From Saccostrea cucullata (lineage: Eukaryota): a stretch of DNA of 64,000 bases. This document shows, in pieces, positions 38,851-52,989 of this stretch. The stretch is from positions 124,001 through 188,000 of the forward strand of contig NW_026933222.1 in NCBI RefSeq assembly GCF_032062105.1, in the 5' to 3' direction. The translations under genes were made by a program, and so were the position numbers. Numbering within the stretch: position 1 is the stretch's first letter; each line of letters opens with the position of its first letter. The notes under the pieces were generated by a model. The model worked only from the letters and a program-made list of their open reading frames with translations. It did no database searches and was not told the DNA's origin.

Positions 38851-40413
38851 TTTTTATGCGTCCGGATCGATAGATCCGGGGCGTATATTGTTTTTGTCCT
38901 GTCTGTCTGCTTGTCTGTTTGTTTGTTTGTTTGTCTGTTTGTCTGCAAACTTTAACCTTCGCCATAACTTTTGAAAGAATTAAGATAGAAACTTCATATT
39001 TGGTATACTCCACTAATTAAGGTCTTTCAAATGACAGCAAGGTTAATGGCCTTCTGACCTTGACTGTGACCTATATATTATATATTATTATGTTTATTCA
39101 CCAATCAAGGGCCCACAGGGGGCATGAACAATTATTACAAAATGATAACATTGATTACAATTCTATATTAAGGATAATGTAACATGACTTGTGATTAAGT
39201 TTGACAATGAGAAGTGCATCACCACACTGGATCAAAAGCATAGAATCCATAGAATGATAAAAGAAAACACAATTAAATAAAAATGATAGATATAAGGTAA
39301 ATTAAAAAAAAAAAGAAAAAAAAAAAATCTTGTAGTAATGGCAGTACTCTAATATAAAACTAGTGCATCTTGAATACAAAGGGCACCAGGGGATGATACC
39401 TCTACACAGCCAGTCTGGCAAACCTGTACCCTAAGTATTGAAGATGGTCATTCAAAAAAAAAAATCATTTAAGTATTAACAGCAATAGTAATTTCAATTA
39501 ATAAGTACTTAGCATATAATTAGAAACTTAATGCAAACTAATCTCTTGGAGTTAGTTCAATAGATATTTGACATATGCATACCCACATACACAAACACAC
39601 ACTTACTGTTACACAAATCCATGCATACAAAAATAATAATTTATATACAAATATATGTATGTATAGTATATATTATAAACATACACTTATTGTTACACAT
39701 ATCCATGCATACAAAAATAATAATTTACACACAAATATATGTATATATATAAACAAATGGTACTATCCTGTATAAATATAGCTTTTTATCTGCAAACTTT
39801 AACCTTCGCCATAACTTTTGAAGCATGAAAGATAGAGACTTTATATTTGGTTTGCATACTCCACTTATTAAACCCTTTCAAATGACATCAAAGTCAATGA
39901 CCTTGTGACCTTTACTGTGACCTATATCCTAAAAATAGTTTTTTCGTACCTTTGCCATAACTTTCGAACCATAGAAGATAGAGACTGTGTATTTAGTATG
40001 CGTACTCCACTAATTAATTTCTTTCAAATGACACCAAGGTCAATGACCTTGTGACCTTTATGCTAAAAATAGTTTTTTCGTACCTTTGCCATAACTTTCG
40101 AACCATAGAAGATAGAGACTGCATATTTAGTATGCATACTCCACTAATTAATTTCTTTCAAATGACACCAAAGTCAATGACTTTGTGACTTTTACTGTGA
40201 CCTTTATGCTAAAAATAGTTTTTTCGTACCTTTGCCATAACTTTTGAACTACAAGAGATAGAGACTTCATACTTGGTATCCATACTTTACTAATCAATTT
40301 CTTTCAAATGATACCAAGGTCAATGACATTGACTGTGACATATATGCTAAAAATAGCTTTTTTAAAAGATTTGTTGCCGCCGGGCGCATAGTGTTTCACA
40401 AACACATCTTGTT
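38851..40413 (+). mobile_element. pearl/CvA-like HINE with ~130-145-bp central repeats, interrupted at ~39075-39775
   Basis: TTTTATGCGTCCGGATCGATAGATCCGGGGCGTAT start, (GTCT/GTTT)n, units GCCATAACTTT..AAATGACACCAAGGTCAATGACCTTG, 3' GCATAGTGTTTCACAAACACATCTTGTT. Confidence 0.8.
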
Positions 40414-41239
40414 TACTTTATGAAATATTTAGAATTGTGAATACCCCGGTATCTGCAGGGAAAACATTTTACATAATAAATGCCCAAAAAATGAAGACAC
40501 ATGAGAAGGAGTTATTGCCCTTGGCAATATTTTTGAAGATTGAATGATCGATTGAATAAAGAAAATATACATTTGTATAATTCTTTTATGTACAATTTAT
40601 TTGAATGACACCAATTGAAAAGTATTCATACAAAAAGATATTTTCTTATGGATATGAATTAAGATTAAAAACAATTTTGTAAAAACCTATGACATCACAG
40701 AAGGGTGGAGCATTAATTTAATTCATGACGATTTATTATGTATAACTTTCAATTAAAATTTTTTCTAAAGAACGTCAAACAAGAAATGTTTCTATAATAG
40801 TGGCCAACTGATAATTTAATTGTTAAACATTTTGACAGAAGTAGTCAGCAACACGGTATACAATATATATTGTTTCAATATACGTCTTGTACACAAATTC
40901 GAGTGCTAAAAATCATCATTGGAAAGCGCAAGCCGCCTGTTCCTGGATAATTTAAAATTTTTCAAATAGCTTTGTAAAATCTTAAATCCCTGGCTTCACA
41001 TAAAGACACAACAAGCAGAAGATAAAATATATAATTATATATAATTTTGATAAAATATTCAAAATAATATAAGATGAATGCAACCTGTCTCACGCAGATA
41101 AAGCAATCAGATGATGAAAGCGTCTAGTCTATCCCTATATTTGTAAAAAGGCATGAAAAATCACTCAAAGTTTCCACAAAAATAAATGGGAAGTATGGGT
41201 TATGTTTCTCATAAACTAATGTAAAAGTCGGTAAATTTT

Positions 41240-42660
41240 TCTAGAAAAGCTTTGATAAAGTCAGCAGCATCGGGCCATATTTTGTCTGAAACAGGTTTAC
41301 TTTAAAAAGATCAGCAACACTTCTCCAACGGAATGCTTCTTTTAAAAAAGCATCTCCATGCTCGAGCAACTCTTTTTTATGATAGTACTTCTGGTAAACT
41401 TGGCAGATCTGAGCAGTATTTGTCCGACACAGAGCTTCTGGTGAAGCAAACTGCACTGAACGACAATGTTCAATACAGTGTTTCTGGTAAACTAAGCAGC
41501 AATGTGCAGCGATTGTCCAACACAGAGCCTGTGGCTTATGGTAAAGTCAAGAGCAATTTAACGAGTGATATTTGTTCAAGACAGAGCTTTTTAGTCCAAC
41601 ACAGAGCTTATGGTAAAACAAACAGCATTGAGCGACAATTGTTCAAGACAGTGCTTATGGTAAACTCGACAGTGCTGTGCGGTGATTGTTCAACACAGAG
41701 CTTCTGGTAAATCCAAGAGCACCGAGGGACATTTGTTCAACACAGAGCTTTTTAGTCCAACACAGAGCTTCTGGTAAAACAAACAGCATTGAGCGACAAT
41801 TGTTCAAGACAGTTCTCATGGTAAACTCGGCAGCGCTGTGCGGCGATTGTTCAACACAGAGCTTCTAGTAAAGCCAAATGCACCGAGGGACATTTGTTCA
41901 ACACAGAGCTTTTTAGTCCAACACAGAGCTTCTGGTAAAGGAAACAACATTGAGTGACAATTGTTTAAAACAGTGCTTTTGGTAAACTCGACAGCACTGA
42001 GTAGCGATTGTCCAACACAGGGCTTCTGGTAAAGCCAAGAGCACCGAGGGAGATTTGTTCAAGAGAGTCCTATAGTGTTTTTGTCCAACACAAAGCTTCA
42101 GGTAAAGCCAGCAGCATTGAGCGACACTTGTGCAAGACAGATAGCAGTAAGCAGTGACATTTGTTCAAGACGGTACTTCTGGTAAAGTTAGCAGCATTCA
42201 ACCACACTTGTTCAAAGCAGTGCTTCTGGTAAAATCAGCAAAACTGAGTGGTATTTTTCCAAGAGAGGCCTCTAGTAGGGACAGCAGTATAGATTAACAT
42301 TTGTCAAAAAGTTTTCTTGGTAAGGTCTGACAGAAAAAAAATTCCGTAGAGATTGTTTCTGCTAAAGCTGCAGTGAGCGTCACCCGTTCAAGACAGTGTT
42401 TCTGGTAATTTAGCGGCATTGAGAGACATTTGTCCAAAACAGTGCTTTTTGGTTTAGTCAGATAGTGACAGTGACCCAATCCACTTCTTAGAGACATTGG
42501 ATACCATGTGTCCTATACGGTGCTTCTAGTAAAGTCAGCAGCATTGAATAGCATTTCGTTTGGTAAAGTTATGGGGAGTGAATAGTATTTGTTCATTACA
42601 GTGTTTCTAGCTAAGTCAGCAGCAGTATATATTTTCTTCAAGACAGCGTCTCTAGTGAAA
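41240..42660. repeat. 47-bp minisatellite with 161-bp higher-order repeat core
   Basis: Core TGTTCAACACAGAGCTTCTGGTAAA recurs roughly 25-30 times; higher-order unit starts at 41571, 41732, 41893, 42054. Confidence 0.85.
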
Positions 42661-45578
42661 CCAAACTAATCCCCCCCAACCACATATTCGAAAATAGACA
42701 TTGCAGTAAAAAGAAAACAGAGCTATCAATAATTGCAATAGGGTGTTCATTCCTTACATAGAAATTGACAATAAATCACCCCATATAATAACAGTAATTG
42801 TATACATACACGTGTCTCATACAAATGTCAAAATATTTCATGACATTTAATGCAACAATGACACTTCATTGCCTAATACATAAATCAAATGAGACCAAAG
42901 ATAATAGTTTTCTTAAATAACATATCTGAATGAAAGAAAATCGCTCTGTGATTCTAAAGTTTGATGTGTGGACACTTAGACAAGTGTTTCTTCAGAATAG
43001 GCGGTATCTGTTTTATATACACTGAAATATGTACATGCACTACGGAGTTTAATTTTAATTGGCCATTTATCTCTTTTCAGATAAAATCAACAGCATGATC
43101 CACTCCTGAAAATGGATTTGGTTGGAGGATTGATTTTAAATTGTAAACATGATAAAATATAATATAATTAATACCAGATGACTTACTACAAACAAAATAG
43201 AATATTTTTCATCCTTTTTCCTTGAAATTTGAATAAAAATAATTCAAAAAATATCTTTAATAATTCAAAGACGTCAAATGAAATTTGAACTGTGCCGCGA
43301 AATGTTGTTAATAAATGCTACATTGTTTAATTTTCTAGTATCCCTACCTTTTAAAATAATTATAAATGAAATACTGTGCACATTCAAAACAACATTTACA
43401 AATACAATGCATATTTGAATTTCCCCCAAAATCAATATTTGACTTAATTCTAAGAAATGGTACGTTATGAGCTTTACAGTAGCTCCGCGGATCTAAAGGA
43501 GGTGTATGTGTTTTTATGTTTGATACTGTTTTAGTCCATTGAGCAAAGAAAGAGTCAAACTTAGCATTTTAAATCAATAGTAAAAATAGTAATTTTAACA
43601 TTTTAGCTATACTTTGTTTAAATATATATAATTTATGACGTCATTTGAATTTTACTGGTGAGAAATTAAGTAACTTGTCCTACTTATTTGTTAAGGATGA
43701 TCCAGTGACCTTTGTTGATAGTAATCACCAATATATCTATGCCATATATATATAGCTGTGTATCTCGTGTAAGGGAATTTCCTAATTAATCACTTGTTAG
43801 CAAAATGGGGTCATTGAAGTGTAAATTTCATTTATGTTTAATTACACTTCCCTTAAGAAGCTAATTAATTGACTTTTTAGTGAGTATTTCTGAATATCCT
43901 GATTTAATTGCGGTAGAGATCCATCTCCTGTTTATCTAAGCCTTGTGATAAAACTGCCAGGGAACAATTCCCACCACTTCCAAAGTTTTACTGGAGTCAG
44001 CAAATTTACAAGAATATTTGGACATTTTTCGCGATTAATACCATTATATAAAGTCCAAATATTGGATTAACAATCTAACGCAGAAATTGAAATAAAGAAA
44101 CCACTTACTATTGCTACTAGTCTTTGGAACGACTCGTTATGGCTGTCAGAGGCTTCACATTGCATCTGGAGGGTTCCGGCCATTCTTAAATTCCAGGAAT
44201 CGTGAACATCTAGAGGAAGAAGCAATTAAGATCCTCAATTTGGAACGATTGCGTTGGCATGAAAAGGAAAGTCTTCGCTTCACACCTCAAAGCAATTCCC
44301 TCTCTGGTATATTTTTTTTCGTAAACTTCGGTTTAAATCCATTAACATGGGTTTCAATTATTGATATTCTTCCAATTCGCTGCCAAATGTCTTTGTTTAA
44401 ACTGTTCAGAATCATCCCTTACAAGCATCACTTTTCGCCGCTATCGAGGACTTTTTTGTAGAGTAATTGCATTAAGCAACAACTAACTAAGCCAATAAAC
44501 GTCACGGGTTACATCGACATTATTGGTGATGGTTAAAATATCAACAATATTGATAATAATTGAGGATGATTGTTTTGTATTTTACCCTTTTATTTGACTA
44601 ACCATTAAATAAAGAATCGGTACGAATTTTTTTGTATGGTTAACTTAGAATAAGTATTTAATGCTATTTATACCCCCCTAGAAAAATGACCATTTACTTC
44701 ATTGTGCCGAAATTATTGTATACCATGAATGTCTCTTTTTAACTTATTTCTCTATTTTTAAACAATAATAATACTGTACTCTAATTTTTGACTCTGAGTA
44801 AAAGTCGTTAAAGTTCAAAACAAGATGCGTTTGTGTAACACCGATGCCCCCGTATGGTAGCTTATAATGAAGGTTGAATCATATGCACTTCAAACTCCAA
44901 AGGTCAAGGTCAAAAGTGGTTGTACGGGGCCTAAAAATTGCTTTAAAATTCTATGATTATGATTTTTCAGTCATAATTTAATATAGTCACCTAGCTGTAA
45001 TACTAGCCCTCTCCGATTTTGGTTGGAGGAATTTTCAAATTGTATCCCCCCCCCAAAAAAAAGAAATATTGTGTGTTTTATTTCATATTACTTACTTTGG
45101 ACAATTAGGACATCGTATCGTTTTTCAAAGTCATTTTCAAATACGATATGAAAAAAATGTTAATGCATCACGCATATCTCAGTCATTTAGATGCCAAGTT
45201 AATTCAATTGAACCAATTCCTCGGTCTTAAAGAACACGGTTAATTCAGAGAACAAGATGTGTTGGGTTTTTTTTGTCTAAAGGAAGAATATCAATACCAG
45301 TCCAGGTCAAGAATAGAAGACACTTTTTGTGCGAGCCAAAGAACAGTGTAATGAAATTTCCAATTTTGGGGGGTAATTGAATACTTTCTAGATGGATTTG
45401 CTGGAAATGCAGTGCTCAATGGAATTAAAGCAAAGAGACATTTAGGACACACACAATTATTTATTTACACAAAAATTTGAACTGAAAGGCTTTTCTTGAT
45501 AGCTCTTGTTAAATTATATAATCTCAACACGTTCGTAAACTTCTACCAGGCTCATATATCATATCGGCTGTGTGCTAT

Positions 45579-45609
<31 letters not shown>

Positions 45610-46084
45610 GGGGGTGTTAGGAGCCAATCGTCCCTTCAAAAATCCTAGAAAAACCTTTGCGTAAAGAGTCTCTTAAGGTGTCTGAAAATAAAAATATACT
45701 TTTCGTTTCTTCAAGCATATGGTGGTTCTGTATAAGGCTATCTGGTGCTTGAATATTAAAACTAAAAACAAAAAAAGTAACGTAAACGAATAATGAGAAC
45801 GTTAAAATTTTCTTGTTCGTTCACCAAGTCACATTTTTATTGGAGTTTTACATATAATCAAACTAAAGCAATATAAGCAATAGTTGAAATAGTACATATG
45901 CTTAGCAACATACTTTACACAAAAGACAGTTAAACTGGCATTAAAAAAGTAAAAGGAAGTAGTGGTGAAATAACATCGGTCAAATACAAGCATTGTGCAT
46001 ATAAACCCACTTTCAACTGTTCAAGTTAATTCAAGAATAAATTTACAAGTATATCATGCCAAACGACAGATTTTTTTTTAGAAA

Positions 46085-49000
46085 TCATTTTTTGCTCTTT
46101 TTCTTTTTCTTCTTCTTCCTTCCTTTACATATAGTACAAATCAAAATACATGAAATAGAAAAAATAGTCAGACCAAGCCCGCCAAGAGTAATGACTTCCT
46201 TAATTTTTATGTCGTTGTAAGCCTCATGGACGATCACTTTAATGGTCGCCAAATGAAGAGTTGAGCTCCAGCAGTTGTATGGCGCGGTGTCAGTCAAGCG
46301 CAGGCGCCGGATGTGCAGTCTGTTTACAGTATCAATGAACACTCGTCCTCTGGTTTGTCGTTTAATTGTCAGGGGATTTAACACCATTGAGTTATTTTGC
46401 CATCGTATCAGAGCCTTAGAATGCTGACTTTTTGGGCATTTTAGAATAAGGTGTTTGTTTACAGGTTCGAAAAGCACTTTTCGCACGACCATAGGTGGAA
46501 GTGTGGGTGGCTTTCTGAAATACCAAAAACAAATATAAAAACGTAAGGAATAGTTGCTGAAACAAGTAGAACTCGGTCAAAAAGCTTTAAGCGATTCCGT
46601 CTTTAACAACACTTTTAAAAAGGTTTGAGTAAACTGACCTACACCTATCAGGCTGTTTTATTTTATAGCATTTCTTGGCTTTTTTTCCCCTCTTCATCCA
46701 CATTAGCTCTAACTCAACCAGAGTTACAAATACATGTACAATTACTTTGCTGATACTGTCCATTCAAGAAATATTGAAACCAACTGGCTGTTTTCTATAA
46801 TCCCCGAGGTGACTGATTCCATAAATTAACGGATTAAACCTAAATATGCTAGCTAACCTGAGCTGAAGGCTCAAGTGAGTTTTTCTTTTCAAAATTTGTC
46901 CTTTGTCTATCGTTGTCGTAGTTGTTGTTGTCGTTGTCGTCATCGTTCTTGTAAAGTTTCTTCTCAAGAAATTTTGGGCCAGTTTCAAACAAACTTGCCA
47001 CAAAGTGTCTTAAGGAGAAGGGGATTCAAGTTTGTACAAATGAAGGGCCACGCCCTCTTCCTTTTCCTACGGGGGGGGATAATTATGAATTAATGAAAAA
47101 TTGTAAAAAAAAAAAAAAAAATCTTTTAAAAATCTTCTTCTCAAGAACCACTGGGCCAGGAAAGACGAAACTCATGTGGAAGCATCCTCGTGTACTACTG
47201 TAGATTAATTCAAATTTGTTCAAATCCCCGGGGGTAGGGCTACAATATGGTATCAAATTTTAACATAGAAATACATAGGGAAGATCTTTAAAAATCATCT
47301 CAAGAACCACAGGGCTAGGAAAGATGAAACTCACATGAATGCATCCTCATGTAGTATAGATTCAAATATGTTAAAATCATGAGCCCCGGGGGTAGGGTCA
47401 CTAGGGTGGGGCCGCAATGGGGTATCAAAGATTAACATAGGAATACATAGGGAAAATCTTTTTTAAAAACTTCTTTTCAAGAACCACTGCCCTGGACCAG
47501 GAAAGATGAAGCTAATGAGGAAGGGTCATCTGTTTGTGACGATTCAAATTTGTTCAAATCATGTCCCCCTTGGATAGGGTGGGGCCACAATGGGGAATCA
47601 AAATTTAGCATAGGAATTCATAGGAAAAATCTTTGAAAATCTTTTTTCTCAAGAACAGCAAACCCATGATTGGTCATAGTGATATGGAAGCATCCTCTGG
47701 TAGTGTACACTCGTGTTTATTCAAATCATGGCCCACGGGGGTAGGCTGGGGGCGCATTAAGGGATCATTTGGCATAGGAATATATAGGAAAAATCTTCTC
47801 AAGAAGAGCAAAACGATGATTGGTCATAGTTATACAGAAGCATCCTCTGGTAGTGTAGATGTACGTTTGTTCAAAACATGACTCCCGGGGCAAAGGTGGG
47901 CTATAATGTGTGCTCAATGCAGAATTTGCATAGAAAAAATCTTTAAAAATTCTTCTTCTCAAGAACAGCAAAACCATGACTGGTCATAGTTATTTGAAAG
48001 CATTAAAAAAGGTGGTGTAGATTCCATTTCGTTCAAATCATGACCATTGGGGTAGAATGGGGCCAGAATGGGTGAACAAGGTCTTATGTAGGAATACATG
48101 GAGAAAAAAAGTTAAATTCTTCACAAGAACAAAAAAGTTATGATTGATCATCAACAAACATCAAGAAAAGTAATGTAAATTTAAACTTGTTCAAATCATG
48201 ACCAGTTTGGAGAATAGTGGGGCCATTAGAGTGGATCATAACAAGGGAATCCCTCCTCCCCTGAACCCAATTTTATATTTAAACTTTTCAATACTGAATT
48301 GATTTTTGCGTTAACCTAGCCAGCTGCTCAAGTGAAATAAGACTTTTTGCTTATTAGGTAAAATAAAAAATAGTGACTGGTGATACAGGGTGTGTAATAC
48401 AATGCGTGTTCATATCAGGGATGCAAAAATCCTGTAAATAACATATTTCATAAATAACATTATTATTTGAATTCGGGAGTAAAACGCCGCACGTGATGCG
48501 TATATCAGACAAAACAATTTGTATTTGGCCGAGGCCATTATCATAAATTAGTTTAGAAACAAAGTTTTTTATGGCTTACTTGAGTGAGTAAAATCCAGCC
48601 TCTACTGTTTCAATCACTGTACCATTCTCGTCTTTGATGAGAGTGTAACCCGGCGTAGTTGGGCAATTTTTGAAACAGTCTGCCAAACACACCTCGCTAC
48701 GCCTCATTTTGATGCGTTTAACTGAAGCCAGATCTTTAGGCAGCACGGTTGACCGACAAGGCACGCCATTGGGGTAAAGGTCGAGGACTGGAAGGTCATA
48801 AGGCAAAACAGGAAGAGTCTTATCAATTTTGTTGACCATGCATATACCCACCCTCCGTTTAACACTTTTCTTATTGCAGTCTTGGCAGTCAGTCCAATCT
48901 GACCAGGCTGTGAACGTTTTGATGTTGCGATCCTTCAGCCAGTATTCTCCAAGAAACTTGTCTTTTCCCTGTGCAATGTCTTCGTATTTCGTCGTCTTAA

Positions 49001-49562
49001 GCCTTTCCCTGAATAACACATCAAGTTGATAGATTTCCTCATATTCTCTGTAGAAGGTGTTTATGCAAAAATATTGACCTGCATCCAAAACATCCACTGC
49101 ATCAAAGATAAGATCACGAGTACTCTTGTCAATTTTAACTCGTTCATTTTCGTGATCAACGAATACGAAATCTGAGTCCTGGCGTCGTAGTTGTTGCCAG
49201 TCTATTATCTGCAGTTTGGCGAAGTCCTGGTCAGGTCGTGGGCACAGATTGCAGCTGAGTCTCACACTTTGGCCCTCCAATACCAACAACCCCCGAATCG
49301 TGTTCTTTCCTTCGAGTCTTTCTGCCTCTCTCTTCTTTAGACATTTTTCATACTCTTTGAATTCGTCCTCAATCATCTCTTGCCGAGTTTTCTTGCGGTA
49401 TACAACTACATTTCTCTGAACCCTAGAATATCTTGGTTCTCCTTCAAGCCCATTAAGTCCATTAATTTGACGCACTAACTCTTCCAAACCTGGTTCTGTA
49501 AAATGCTTCTCTTTGAATGCATGCGTATTTGATAAAATACCCAGAATTATTAAGAAATGCAT
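46085..49562 (-). CDS. FAM187A: Ig-like domain type-I membrane protein, FAM187A-like, 2 exons, ~470 aa
   Basis: Exons 48580-49562 and 46085-46514 (phase 2, 1413 nt). Signal peptide, Ig-V (LSC..W..DAGQYFC), TSP1-like WSDWTDCQDC..RRVGIC, second Ig (LKC..W..DTAPYNC), TM helix, polybasic tail. The family name comes from architecture recall. Confidence 0.8.
46850..48335 (+). mobile_element. HINE with ~7 Cg170-type satellite units in the FAM187A-like intron
   Basis: AGCTAACCTGAGCTGAAGGCTCAAGTGAG start, (GTC/GTT)n, ~165-bp units TCTCAAGAACCAC..GGGGTAGGGTGGGGCC. Confidence 0.85.
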
Positions 49563-49690
49563 TTCATCATAGATTCGGTGTTTAGTCTGCTAGCATAGCA
49601 GAAATGACGTCATATTGTGTTACGTCATAATGGTTGATCCAAGTCACATGCCCTTGATTCTGATTTACATGTAATACTTTGTTTTTAAAT

Positions 49691-49745
49691 AAATATTAAA
49701 GAATCAAGTGTCTGTGGATCACAGACACTTGATTCTTTAATATTT
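49691..49745. repeat. Perfect 26-bp-arm hairpin upstream of the FAM187A-like start codon
   Basis: AAATATTAAAGAATCAAGTGTCTGTG-GAT-CACAGACACTTGATTCTTTAATATTT. Confidence 0.9.
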
Positions 49746-50482
49746 CTTTTACGTCAAGTGTATATCCAGGGAAAAATTATTTCAATCCACGAGTAGTCTT
49801 TCTTGACATGGCATAAAATTCTATCGACATACTAGTAATAATGATTAAATATTCCGTGCAAATTAAGCTCATTCATATTTACGTTAAGTTCTTCTAGTGT
49901 AAATAAGCATATTAAAGTGTAACTCGTTTGAAAGAGGTCATGATCTTCGGAAATTTAAGGTAGTCCAATGCTGAGATTCATAAAATTACAGTCAAGTAAT
50001 TTAAATGTTTCGGCGCAAAATTGTCGTAAAATTCACATTCAGTTTGATATTTCTTTTAAAAAGTTGAATATTTCTTCAAAGTCAGTGTGTTATATTTTTA
50101 TATAATCAAATCTGAACGATGTATGAAAGAAACGCCACCAGAAGTACACGTTGTATAATTGAAGATGGAATTTCAATTAGGATAAAAGGAAAATCTTAGT
50201 ATCCAGGTATTCATAGAAAATTACATGTATATTCGAGGTATTTTTGTACTACTTACCTCAATTTTTATTGCAGCACGGAGGACTGGGCTGCTCTATACAT
50301 ATAAGTTTAAGTGTTGGTGTATGGAGATTGAGGTGGGAGAAGTTATTCAGAATTTAAGGTTATCTAAACATTAAAAAAGATGTTCTTTCCCTTTATAAAT
50401 TACGAGATACGCAATATCTTTACTTCCATAAAGTGAATCTTTAAAAATATATATGTTTTTCATATTTAATTTATAAACTTGC

Positions 50483-51115
50483 TATGGCACGCCAAATTCA
50501 CAAAAATGAGATAATCATAGTTTCACAATCGATAAACTAGGTTTATCGGTTGTAAACTATAGTTTACAAATCGTAAACTATAGTTAACAACGTTAATCTA
50601 TATTTCACATCTGTAAACCATAGTTAACGCGATAATCTATGTTTCACAACCGTAAACTATACTTAACACCGAAAACAATCATTTACGATTGCAAAACATA
50701 GATTATCTGATAAATACAGTTTCACGATTTGTAAACTATAGTTTACAAACCGTTAACTATAGTTAACGATCTGATACATATAGTTTCACGATTTGTGAAA
50801 CTATGATTAACAACTCTTAACTATAGTTTACGATTGTAAACTATAGTTTACAAACGTGAATCTATGTTTATCAACAAAATCTATTGTTAACGCTTTATTC
50901 AGACAGATAAACTTAGATTAGCATTCGTAAACTATAGTTAACGACCGTTAAATATAGTTTTACAGATGAAAACTATACTTAACGAATCGTTAACTATACT
51001 TAACGAATCGTTAACTATAGTTTACGGTTTGTAAACTATAGTTTACAGTCGATAAACCTAGTTTATCAATTGTGAAACTAGGTTTATCTTATTTTTGTGA
51101 ATTTCGCGTGCCATA
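50483..51115. mobile_element. IS3EU-like non-autonomous element with internal ~22-bp palindromic repeats
   Basis: Termini TATGGCACGC / GCGTGCCATA, long TIRs, 6-bp TSD ACTTGC (50477-50482, 51116-51121); internal GTAAACTATAGTTTAC repeats. Confidence 0.8.
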
Positions 51116-52989
51116 ACTTGCTTATCATTTACTATCGAAAAAACGACAGGTCCCTTTTTTAGAACATCGAATTTTACTTATCGCAGTGATGCACATGTAT
51201 CTGATTTTAATTTATATTTTATGCAACCAACATTTACATGTACTTGAGGAACTGATAAATTTTAAAAGGGTACCATTTTTGATCAATTTTCATCCGACTA
51301 TAAATTTCTGTATCTTCTCGACTATCGTCTCCATCATTTAGACGCATGTCTTTTCCACACATATTGAAGCGGTTTAATGATCAAGACTCATTTCCATTGT
51401 TTACTGAATTTATTTCCCGGGCGATAATTGATGGTTACATCAATGTTTTCTTGTTATACATGTAACACATAATGTTAAAAGTTTATGCTATCATTGCAAG
51501 ACATCACGGATCACTTCTTATTTTCATAACATGCTAACAAGCATTGGTGTCTATGGCTAAATTGAAGAAAAATCTATATTTTAGGAAAAATTTGTACTTT
51601 AACAGGAAAAAAATGTTAATTTTGTTACTGTTCCTTTTAAGACTTCTATAATATATCAGATCAAGATGTATGAAAAGAAAGTTGTTGGGTGAAATATCAA
51701 TTTTAAGCTTCGTTTTAAATTGATGGTTTTCAGTTATCATTCCTGATTCCATGTTGTCAAGACGGTGAGCTGATTTATTTCATGATTTAATGTCCCACAA
51801 AAAAGTTTCGATTGTTAGTCCTTGTTGAATTTTATCTTCAAAACTGATTCTATTTTCTGATGTTTTTATTTCTTTATTTACAAAGTTTTAGTAATTTTCT
51901 AAAAAGAACGAATTCATGTCCACGATGGATGTTGTTAAGGAGATCCTTAGTTTTTATATACATGGATTTTTCCTCTTTGTGCAGAAATTCTTGGCATTCT
52001 TATAAACCAACTCGTGATATAAAAGGTATTGGTGTTTATGATAATTGAAACATAACTGATGATACTTCTCTAGCTCTTGATGGGTCTCCTGTGTGTTGTC
52101 CTAGTCCCCAAAACACTGAAATCAGCTGGAAAGGCTAAAAATCTCTGCTAAAGCTTTTTTTCTTCCCAAATAGAAGCTGGATTAAGGGCAAAAAGCTTGA
52201 AATAGCTATGAAGCCGACTACAAGAGAGTCATTGGCAATGCTACTTAATGAATACGCATAAAATATCATCGATATCTAAAATCAGCGATGATTTAACTGT
52301 CCTTGATCATTCCATGAAATTACCCGGTAATTTTTAAAAACTAGTTTTGCATATTTTCTGGTCCCCATCATTCTCTGGACCTTCTTCCGAGAGTTTTCAT
52401 AGGATCGAGCTACAGAACATTGAACTTGCACTTAAAGAACCCGTTTATGAATTGAAATTGAACCTTCAATCCAAATAAGATGATAGACCCTTAACGTAAA
52501 ACTCTGACGTACGGTGTATTGTCTTAAGCTGAAAAAATAATCAATTTCTATCATCAAAAGCATATGGTACATCGCTTTCATGGTAAGTGTATGCAAATAT
52601 TTTAACAAAAACGGACATCCCATCATAGCATTGCTCATTCCTCTAATGATCGATAATCGTGATTGTAATTCTAACCTGTATATTGACTGTACTTAAGAAT
52701 ATCAAATATGGATATCACTGTCTGTAAAATGATTAAATTTGGTTTATATTTCGAAATTGATTAAAATTCACTTTATCAATACCAGGGAATTCATCCTAGG
52801 TCTAAATCGTTCAATAGTTGAACACAAAAATGCCCTCGAAGACACAAAGTATAGAAAAGCAGAAAGTCCCATATTGTTATTTATATGAAGAAAAAATAAC
52901 ATGAATAGCAAGAGCCAACAAAAACAACAACTTATCACAGACTTAGACGAAAAATGAATCACAGCCTTAAGATGGCGACACAACCATTG

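Noticed and set aside
41240-42660. CRISPR-like array or repeat-protein ORFs (41333-41710, 41686-41868)
   Set aside because: Variable parts are related to each other and recur periodically, the context is eukaryotic with no cas genes, and the periods (47, 161 bp) break reading frames.
44111-44461. 116-aa ORF
   Set aside because: Non-ATG start, no motif, no splice context.
51700-52110. Possible TRIM/B-box pseudogene on the minus strand (..NIHRGHEFVLF.. followed by helical sequence)
   Set aside because: Multiple stops and the B-box cysteines are missing; cannot be supported without a translated search.
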